This document shows positions 53,816-64,000 of a DNA stretch of 64,000 nt, piece by piece. A program made the position numbers and the translations under genes. Under the pieces are notes generated by a model that saw only the letters and a list, made by a program, of their open reading frames with translations, had not been told where the DNA came from and searched no databases. Origin of the DNA: Mizuhopecten yessoensis (Eukaryota); NCBI RefSeq assembly GCF_002113885.1, contig NW_018405900.1:1234142-1298141 (forward strand). The letters are read 5' to 3'. Within the stretch, counting starts at the first letter, position 1; the number at the start of each line of letters is the position of its first letter.

Positions 53816-54269
53816 AGACAAAAAATTATCTCCATCTCCTATTGCAACAATTTGAATATTTTTGTGTTTCCTATCTTTCATGTCTTCCCTCTTTTCTTTT
53901 TACTTTCTCTTTCCGGCGATGTCTATTTAGACACTCGTACACCTGGCTATTACAGGGATGTTAAGCCACAATCAAACTGCATTTCATATGATCGTAATCA
54001 TTGATAATTCAAGGTTCAATTCAAAAGTATTTTGTGCAGAACTTCGGACATGTAAGTTAGAATACTCAGCAATGCTATGTTCGTGCAAAAGTAATTCTGT
54101 TGGTCTCATCGCCTTGCTTACTTACCAGGGAGGAGGACGTTGCCGTCTTAACCTGGACGAACGCTCAACATTAAAGCCGCAAGTGAGGCATTGCCAAGAA
54201 AGGCTCTAGGATATAAAAGGTGTCTCCAAATAGAGGGCACTAAAGCAAATCCCCAATTCTGCTGGGAGT

Positions 54270-54350
54270 TCACTCATTAGTCGCCTCCTACGATAATGCA
54301 GTGGGTAACAGTAGATGTATTATTTTCTCGATCCCCGACCTGCAGGGGTG
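54270..54350 (+). mobile_element. SINE 3'-end fragment (RUDI-like)
   Basis: attagtcgcctcctacgat..gcagtggg..ccccgacc. An inverted relative lies at ~49840-49900 and another copy at ~62125-62185. Family name from recall. Confidence 0.4.
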
Positions 54351-54478
54351 GAGTAATTGATAACTACACTATGTTGTTTCTACTGAATGCTAAAGAACAG
54401 TCCTTTTAAGCGGATGAAAGGCATAGTTTGCAAAACAATTTCATGAAATATAATAAAAACAGTTAGATATTAAGTAAG

Positions 54479-55592
54479 AGCAAGAGGCCCAGAGGGCATG
54501 TATCGCTCACCTGAATATTTAAGCAGTCATAGCAAAATATTCTCATTAAATATTATATTGCACTACAAATATGTCCCACGCAAACTTTGTCATCTCCGTC
54601 TGTTGAAACTACCATCCAAATATTATTATAAGATTCTATGCTTTTTTATTCTTCTTGACATATTTTCCCCTGTGACCTTGTCATGTTCCTCCTCAAATTG
54701 GTTAGCTCTATTTAAAAAAGCTACCAGCCAAATATTATAATTTTATGCCTTTCGATTATTCAGAAGAAGTCATTTGATGTTTTTGACATATTTGACCCCA
54801 GTGACCATAAAAGAAGGTCAAGGTCATTTTCATTCTCAATCTTTGCCGGGCTCTATCTCAGGAAACCATCAGTCAAATATGAAGATTATATACCTTTTAG
54901 TTCTTCAGAAGACGTCGTTTAAAGAGTTTGACATATTTGACCGATGTGACCTTGAAAGAAAGTCAGGGTCATTTCCATTCTCAAAGTTTGTTTGGCTCTA
55001 TCCCAGGAAGCCACCAGCCAAATATAAAGATTCTATACCTTTCAGTTCTTCTTCAGAAGTCGTTTGAAGCGTTTGACACATTTGACCCTTGTGACCTTGA
55101 AAGTACATCAATGTAGGTCAAGGTCATTTTCATTCTCAAACTTTGTCGGGCTCTATCTCATGAAACCAACAGCCAAATATGAAGGTTATATACCTTTTAG
55201 TTCTTCAGAAGAAGTCGTTTAAAGAGTTTGACATACTTGACAGCTGTGACCTTGAAAGTAGGTCCAGGTCATTTTCATTCACAAACTTTGTCGGGCTTGA
55301 TCCAATGAAGCCACCAGCCAAATATGAAGATTATATACCTTTTAGTTCTTTAGAAGAAATCGTTTGAAGTTTTTGACATATTTGACCCCTGTGACCTTCA
55401 AGGTCATTTTCATTCACAAACTTTGTCAGGCTTCTACCACCGAAGCTTTTAGCCAAATATGATGACTCTAGGCTTGTCCGTTCTTCATAAAAATTGCTTA
55501 AAGGAAAAGTTGACGGACGACAACGGACGACGGACGATGGACGCCCTACCATGACATAAGCTCACTCGCCCTTCGGGCAGGTGAGCTAAAAA
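54479..55592 (+). mobile_element. Helentron-associated (HINE/Helitron-N-like) element
   Basis: 5' caagaggccc..gctcacctg, internal ~140-bp repeats with tgaccttga, a (GGAC/GAC)n tract, and a 3' stem-loop agctcac..gccc-ttc-gggc..gtgagct followed by an A-run. Confidence 0.8.
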
Positions 55593-57220
55593 TCAGCTTT
55601 GCAAACTTAATTAATTACTATTCCTTAAATAACTGGGAAACTATTCCACACATCATTATCATTCGAGGTGTAACTATCTAAAATGTCCTTGTCTGAAACT
55701 GTAATTAGATGTTTACCACTGGGTGTTGCTCTAGGGAGAGGACATAAATAGACAATATCTGATGTTCATTCCTATTGACTTCATTTTGCCAATAAAATAT
55801 TTTGATATCGAACTTGAGCTGTGTTGATATACATTCTTATTGATACTCTATGTCGATATAGTGAAAACACAGTCAGTAATAATTTGTTGTCTCAGATATG
55901 TCTTAATATTCGATTTACCTTATTCTTTGTTCCATATACTTCACTGTTTCGTATGTTTATGTCTTGGATTTTGATTTAATTTTATATTTCTTGATAAAAC
56001 AGCATCGAGTTGCTTTATGTTCAACTTAAAACGTGTTCGTTGAGTTTCATGTATCAAGTATTTTAATACATATATCTCCTTAAATTTTATCAGGTTTCGG
56101 TTAAACGAGGAAACGCATATGGTTATTTGTTCGTTACATTGCACCTAATGCTCTTTGGAATCCAAAAGCATGGTATTTGGAGTTGAACACGATCCTAGAA
56201 TTATCAAGGCTATCATGATACATAATAAAGCATGGTTTTTGGAGTTGAACACGATCCTAGAATTATCAAGGCTATCATGATACATAATAAAACATGGTGT
56301 TTGCCTGTATCTCTCGGGCCGGACGAATTCAAAATTTAAGCTTCTTCCGAACTTCTGCCTCCATACCAGGTTTCATGTAGTAAAAGTAAGAGAAGAAACA
56401 GGGCTGATAGGATGTATGATATTAGATAGAGATATAAGAACCATATCAATTGAAGTTGATTTTTTTTATTTGGTCAACTTATTTCAACATAGAAATACCT
56501 GAGGTTAGCTGGTCAGGCAGATTTGGTAGCTTTTCTCTGCATTTTTTGGAAACTTGATTTCTCCGTGTGTGTTAATTGTAGTAGGGTTTGTAATTAAACA
56601 GGTCGATAATGCATAATATGATATAAACTTTATTTATTTTACAACAATAACGTAGCAAGTTATGTAAACTTATATTAATCACTCCTGTGGCCCCCAATGT
56701 TAGCGCGCAGGAGGTCTGATCTGGGAACCGAGCCAAAGCCGCCTATCAAGTGTTCCACCCGACCAGTCAATTTCGATTATGAAAGAACTAGTCGATATAA
56801 ATATCCAACTGAGTTATTGGTAGTTTCGCCGTTCTAGGTAGTTCAACGCATTTTCTGCTGGTTAGAGATATGCCTTTGAAAGACATTTCCTAAATCATTG
56901 AAGTAAGAAAGTCCGCTTATCAGGTCACACCTACTTCATATTGAGATATATTTCATATACTAACAATTGAATAACAAAATCATAAAACACAGAAAGTCAA
57001 TCAAACAGAGCTTTATTTATTTTTTGTCGTCAACGTTTAAAAACATTACTCGTTTACATATATTTCACGAGAGGTACGAACAAGTGTAGAAAATACACAT
57101 TTCAATAACAAGAATGTACACTGTTTATTGCGTTTATGGTGTTAGCATCAGCTGATCATCACTAATTCTCTGCCCTGAGTTGTATGTGAGGACTACTCAT
57201 TCCGGATGAACATTATAACG

Positions 57221-60200
57221 TCACTTCCGTGTTGCATCAAACGACATGCAGACCCCCGATGCTACGTCAGTCACAATCTGTAATAAAGGTTACCTCCCTT
57301 GATCAATCTGTATATAACTATTTTCCACTTGGAAAATTAAGTCAGTTCATTCACAATAAATCACTCCTATATCGCGGAACATGTATTTGAGTTATACAAT
57401 TTTGTACTCGAGCAGAAATAGCACTAATGCGCAAAGTTGACATAATGTGCAAAACTTGCATAGCATGAAAATACAAGGTACTTTGTTGATCAACGCAATG
57501 AATTGATCTTCCTCTGTGTATATGATGCCAGCACATAATTTCTACTTAATCGAGAAAGGAATATAAGTTAAGTTAACTACAACATACTATTGTTTGTGTC
57601 TTTTGATACCTACTGATTTCATTTTATTTGGAGCGGTCAGGATCCTCTCGGTCCTAGTGACAATCTCTTTGTCTTTTCCTAGCAACATTGTTGTGGCTAT
57701 TTCCACGAGTCTATCCTCAGATTCTAATGTCGGCTCAATCTACAACAGAAATAGTTGGTATAAAATTTATCAATTTGAAGAAAAAAACCCGGATATCAAC
57801 AATAATTACCAACTTTGGTATAACGTTGAAATGTTATTCAACCTATTTGTTATTTTTGCATGTTTATGTTTTCTTTTCTCTTAATGAACTGTTAAAACCC
57901 TATTGTCATAAATACAATAAATCGCTACCTCTGTTTCCTGCGCTACTCTCCATTTACCTTTATAAACGGTCCATGGACTAAATCATTTGACCTCTCGAGA
58001 TCATTGCTATCTATCTCATAACAAGATTACGGGTCATTGTGCGGAAAGCTACACAGTTGCAAAGAGTTGTATAATATAAATAGTTGATCATCTCTTAGAA
58101 CTGGCAACAATAAAACAACGGCAGTTATTCGTCGACTTAAAGTAGTTGAGATGACCAAAAGTCAACAATTTACACGATGCGTTCACAAAGATAAAAGAAG
58201 ACGTCAAGTCTAAGTAATGTCACGTTCTCACATCGCGAATGTGGGTACATTTGTAGTGACAACAAAACCACAATGCACTCTAATGAGCTTAGCCAAAAGC
58301 ATCGACCTTCATATAGCAAAACGAAATAGTATTATTCACTGCGAGATCCTGACGGCGACCGTGAAACTATCCAAGGTTTCATCAACCTGCATCTTTGGAA
58401 ACCCTGCATGCGTTGTAATTCTGTCCGTCAGTAGTTGACCTCTATCACGGAAGTCGTGACATTTGGAGCAATGCTCTTTTAAACAGTGTGAATGTTGTCT
58501 TACACAGAATGTTGAACCGTCAATTCCCTTTTCCGGTGGGTTTTTAATTCCAAGTTTGAATTCGTGCTTGCTTTTGTTTTCCCCCATCGATATTTCGCAA
58601 ACCCATTGTTCACCTTGACCGGAGTAGGTAATCGTCTCTTGCATCTTTTTGTAGTATTCTATCTCTTCAGGCTTCATGGCTTCAAACAAAATGAAAAATA
58701 CGACATAATGATAATGTACGGAAATGAAGTAGGGGTGATATGTAAGAGGGCACGAAGTACACGTTTGTACATTTATATGTGTTTATATTATATTTATGGA
58801 GCAGGCAAACGAAGGTGTAAGGAGGTGCGTATACAGTACCTAGGAGAACATAACAAGTGTGAGTGGTGTGTGTGTACGTGTATGTGTATGTGTATGATCA
58901 ATAACATTAAAATTAATTTATTTAACGAATTAACGAAGTCAATAATAACATAATTCGTAATATATCACTCTCATGACATAAAATCATGTGCTGCTCTTCT
59001 GTGAAATAAGGCGAAGGTTTGAGCGGTGGTACATTGTCCTTAAGACTCAACAAGCCCACTGAAAGAGACTATAGTCACCCTATAACTTAACTCCATGATA
59101 GGTCATATTCAAAGACTTCAATTAAAAATGTGTTCCATAGCGAGGTTTTATGAAGTTAAATTTTTCACCAAGGTCATGCGGAGCTTAAATTCTCTTTAAC
59201 TAGTTGTGGAGGGGCATGCCGGCCTCAAAAGTAGATGATTGTTGCTGTGGCAATACGCAAAAATCATAGTAAAATGCCCGAGTTACATATTTTACCGGTA
59301 TGTATATAAAACCAAGGGCCCTGTGACCGTTATGAAGACATCAACTTTATATAAAGTGTCCTTTCGTAACATTTAATGTTGTTATAGAAAAGCTAGACAT
59401 GTAAACTTTAAAGCACTTTCAGTTTCAATGTTTATAACATGACTAGCGCATGCATAACATCACAGGCAGTTATGAAATGGCACATCCTCTAAAGTTCATT
59501 TGTCGATTTAGGAAACATAGCATGTTTTTGTTTTCTGCTCAAAAATATTACCAGGGATTTTTATAATGATTTAAGTCGTCTCGCATGGAACCATCTGTCT
59601 TATTTTGAGGCTAGTAAGCCTGTCTACAGCTAAGAGAAATTCAGCTGTGGATGACCTAGGTATATATATATGAACTTCAGATTGTATGTCATTTCATAAA
59701 ATATATTTTTGTCGCTTAAGGGAATGACATGTTATAAGTCCGGTGAACTATTTTTATGAAGACATCAGCCTTAATGTCTTGTTATTGACTACGTTACTCA
59801 CTCTATGGGACATTTTAATAGCCAATGTGCAAGTTCAATATATCCAAACTACATATATAAGTTCTGATCTTTACTTGTGGTGTTTGAATATAACCTGATT
59901 GTGATGGGCTTACAAATAGAAGAATACTTGATGATGTGCATATTTTTATTGGAAAATCCCGTCGTTTTAATTTTTATATGACTTAAAGCCATGATGTTAA
60001 ACACAAATATACTATATATTCTATATTTCATCCAGGAGATTCTAGTTGAGCATGACTAATGTCTATTACGTGTACTTATCTTGACATTGTAAATAATTAC
60101 ACTCTAAATGTATTAAATGAATTTATTATTTTTAATTGTAACAGTTGTTGGTAGCAGTGACCTGTGCAATATATGCACATGGACTTTTGGTCTAAGCCTG

Positions 60201-60682
60201 CCAATATCTGTCTATGATAGTGTATATATATGCTGAAATAAATGTATTTGTACATGTACTTGTATGTGTGTGTAAGTGTGTATGAGGTGTGTGAGATGTT
60301 TCCTTCATGAGTTACTTCCCCTTAGCCTTGTGTTAATATGAATCATTTTGTGTTATTTTTTTCATTTGCAACATGTCTAAAATATTATGTCTCCTTGTTT
60401 ATTCCACTTTGGCCATTTGACGGAGAAAATTTATATAGGCTTTGCCTGTTATTCAACGACATCTTGTCAATAAAAATTGATGAAATGAAAAAAGATGAAT
60501 ATAACCTATCAATGGGTTGCCATCTAGGGCGACTAGAGCCACTTCCGGGGGGCTTGTTGAACCTTACGCAAATCGATAAAACATTCAAAGAGTTACTTAC
60601 CCACAGCTTTGCAGAAGTTGAGAAAATTCTCTGATTTCTCACAACGATCGTTCATCTCCCATGATCCGAAGAATTTTGTCAT
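57221..60682 (-). CDS. FABP-like, copy B (inverted paralog of A), 146 aa
   Basis: Exons 60682-60601, 58679-58504, 57739-57614, 57277-57221. Exon sizes match A (82/176/126/57). 18 amino-acid differences from A by manual count; ORF intact. Confidence 0.88.
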
Positions 60683-63177
60683 GGTGGCAGTTAATTCAAA
60701 TGATGTCTACTACTATAGGACCAGTGTTGTAGAGGCCCGTTTAGTTGATACCAGTCGAAAGTTTTCGGTTAAAACAAACAGTATAGAGTATTCACACATG
60801 TGTCATGCCTCCGATTTCGACAGTACAATTTACTGTTGATAATTTTCAGCTCGAATGTAGGCTGTAGACAATGGGGATTTCAGATATGTGAACTGTATTA
60901 TATCAGGTCAAGAAATCGATAAGTTTGAATAGGTTTAAGCTCAGTAATGACAAAGATTATTAGTGTGTGTGTGATTAGGTATACGGCCATAACCCGTCAC
61001 AGTGACCATGTACATGTATACATAGCCTCGGTTAAAATATGGGACGTAATTTGAAGCTATTCACGATAAAATTTAAATATAGAACGTGTTCAATATGAGC
61101 TACTAGCAGTCTGGAGAAGTGAATACAGATATATTAACCTTAATCTGTAGTACAAGTGTCTGTACGTGCAGTAGTGCTTGGGTAGACGGTCTTGAACACC
61201 CGCTCGTGTTGTAATGACCGAACTATTTAAAAACCTTTACCGCTGACAAAGACGCACACACATACAGTATATACATGTTATAAAACAGGTATCAACTTGA
61301 TGACATATACACATGTTTGAATCGTGATATGTCTATGTCACGTTATAATTCTCAGGATTTTTTTATTCAAATGGTTTCTTTAATTCACATGAAGTTACCC
61401 TTAATTGACCAGCCTTTTACAGCTGGAAATTTGGGAAAAATACGTTTAGTTTCGCTTTTTTCTGAATTTTTCCGTTTTCAATCATCACAATACCACTTCT
61501 CGCCATAAATAAATCTTCAGATATACCTTAGAATCAAAATTGATCTGCTTCAAACATTGCAAAATTTTGAGTCTACATCTTTTCTTTTTTCACTTACATA
61601 ATATACCTTTGGTGGTGTATTCCTACCAATTTTATACATGTATATGCAATGGCTGTTTCAAGGAAGGTATTCCAAAAACAAGTACAAAATGAAATTAAAT
61701 ACATATATGTTCAAAGATTGCTAAAAATACATGAAAATTTGATTTAAAAAACACTCGGAGATGTTTAAAATAGGATAAAAATATACATTTTCTATAAAAT
61801 TTTTTACTGCCAACGGGTGAACCAATTGTTGCCATTACCCTAAATGCTGAACGCAAAATAACAACTACCATTTTATGGACTTTTGTATTTCGCGGCCTAA
61901 GGACAGAACCCATTGCCTTCCTCACCTGGGCAAAAGTTCAACAAAAAAGCCAAAAGTAAGGTATTGCCAATTAAGGCTCTAGTACATAAAAGGTACATTA
62001 GTTAGAGGTAGAGAGAAATATCTGATCCAAAATATTGCAAACGATGCAGCAGATCGATTTGTGACTTTTGCGTTCCGAAGTAGAGGTCACAAAATGCAAT
62101 CCCAAATTTTGCAAAGAGTTCCCTCATTACTCGCCTCATACGACACATGCAGGTTTATTCTTCTCCCCATCCCCGACCCCCAGGGGTATGTAGCAGGTGG
62201 AATATGCCTTCATGTATAAAACCCTTCATAACTACAACGATATCTTTTGTTAACGCTGTAATTTCTGCAAATCGTGCCAAATATGTAGTTTTCCCTCAAC
62301 ACGGCTGGCGCTGCGAATGAGTCCCGAACATTTGCAATGAGTAAATTTCTATGTTATTTCTTAAACAATGTTCTGAGTACAAAAATGCAAAGGTTAATTT
62401 ACTGCTGATCTAATCAATAAAGCTACCTGGTCAGTTGTGTTCACAAAACTCATTCGCGCAGCAGTTATGCAATACATCCAACAATAAAGCTGTTCATCTA
62501 TGTAAAAAAACCTACGTAGTAGGAAGTATCTAGCGTTTTAACCACAGTGGGACAAAGATTTTAAACAGAATGTGTCATTTTAACGTTCATTTACTTTATT
62601 ATATCAATTTCTTTTTACAAAATTCTTAAATCGGTATCGCTTTGGAAAAATAACATGATAAAAGACGCGGCAAAACTAATTTTGATATCAGAAATAATGT
62701 TTCAGAGTGAATGAAAGTATTAAAATCAATCGTATAGAAATAATAACAAAGCGTGTATGCGTACTATTGTGACGCTGTATATGTATTAACGGATGTAGAG
62801 GATTAGGTCTAGATCCGTGTAGGATTAGGATCCTTTAATTCACCCAGGGGTAAACGAGTCTTGATTTTGTTCCAGTATACCGACATTTAAGTGCTAATGA
62901 CAATGGATAAATGACGTGCTAATGACAATGGATAAATGACGTGCTAATGACAATGGATAAATTACTCTAGACAAACTGTGAAACTATTTATGTCACAAAG
63001 ATTGCATATGCTCGCTGATATCGTTTGTTTATCACAGAAATTCTTTGGAGAACTCATTCAGTATATTTATCTATGGAATAAACACTCCGTTGTGGGTATG
63101 CATCTGTGACAAAGTCGGGTTCCTCCTCTGGATTTGTGTATAAACTGCTGAAGTGTGTGTATTAAACAGGATATACG

Positions 63178-63919
63178 ATGTCTGTGTTTCAAGGCAAATG
63201 GATTGATGACAAAACAACAGGAGAATCAGAGAATTTTGATGGATTTTGCGATGCTATGGGTAAGCCTAAATCATGTACATTAAAAGCTTCGATTTAATGC
63301 CCTTGTTTTATTGCCACTTCGCCTACCGTTAGCACATATCAACGTCCCTCTTCTTCTGTATACATTTTCCCTCATTTTATTGTCGAACATCTGTATAACG
63401 CGAACATTTCTCTGGACAAAGTATAACGAGGTTTTATTAGTATTATAGTTCAATGTCCCGTTTACCTTTCCTTCGGAACTCCTTTATACAACATTTTCTT
63501 CCCCCGATTAATTATCAAATTTTGTTTTAAAACAGCAAATTTTCTCTAGACAATAAATGGCAGTATAACGCCAAAGCTTCTCCGGACAAAATTACTGTAT
63601 TGATATACTCCAAAGTCCATACAAATTCCCTTATACGTTTCCCTCGATTTATTGTCAACCTACTTTATAACGCCACAATTTTATCTGGACAAACGGTGGC
63701 AGTATAACGAGGTTTTAATGTAAATATTTCGTGGTTGACATAGGCGTAACATCGGATGGGAAGAACATGTATAAGGACGTGAAGATGGGTATTCAATACA
63801 TTGTGGAAGGGGACACGTGGACATATGACCTCACAATTGGAGACACTGCGCAGGCGTATACACTACGAATTGGCGTCACCAATCAGGAAGATGTTGACAT
63901 GGAAGGAAACAGAATCGTT
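63178..63919 (+). CDS. FABP-like, copy C, exons 1-2; continues beyond the right edge
   Basis: Exon 63178-63259 MSVFQGKW..SENFDGFCDAM(G) and exon 63744-63919. Same 82/176-nt sizes and phases as A and B, with GT-AG sites. Confidence 0.85.
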
Positions 63920-64000
63920 GTATGTATAAGTGCTTTGTAAACTTTTGATATCTACAAATGTACTACCGAAATCAAAGGGGCCTGTAAAACCAATAACAGG

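Noticed and set aside
61400-61975. Possible TTAA-flanked TIR element between FABP-B and FABP-C
   Set aside because: The terminal inverted match is too weak to call.
1-64000. tRNA or rRNA genes
   Set aside because: None recognised by eye; tRNAscan-SE/Infernal would be needed to exclude them.

Overview
AT-rich, intron- and repeat-rich eukaryotic DNA. The Helentron/HINE-like elements, Nin/RUDI-like SINE pieces and CR1/L2 LINE relics suggest a bivalve mollusc (inference). Five protein genes can be spliced by hand with consistent intron phases. (1) A CLN3/battenin (Btn1)-like gene on the minus strand: 10 coding exons at 12213->904, running off the left edge, with one GC-AG intron. (2) A divergent PACSIN/syndapin-like F-BAR + SH3 gene on the plus strand: 12 exons, 14255-31887, 603 aa. 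(3-5) A cluster of fatty-acid-binding-protein (iLBP/FABP)-like genes: A (+, 44063-48614), its inverted paralog B (-, 60682->57221) and a more distant C (+, from 63178, running off the right edge). All long ORFs in the ORF track are minisatellite read-through. The most unusual signal is that intronic tandem arrays in the CLN3-like gene are amplified copies of the splice acceptor plus the start of the next exon. The 57-bp array gives about 75 in-frame, stop-free decoy acceptors. Also notable: a clean reciprocal inversion inside a satellite at the centre of the inverted FABP pair, a 280-bp higher-order repeat, and tiny TIR elements with 7-bp target duplications that look like P-type excision footprints.
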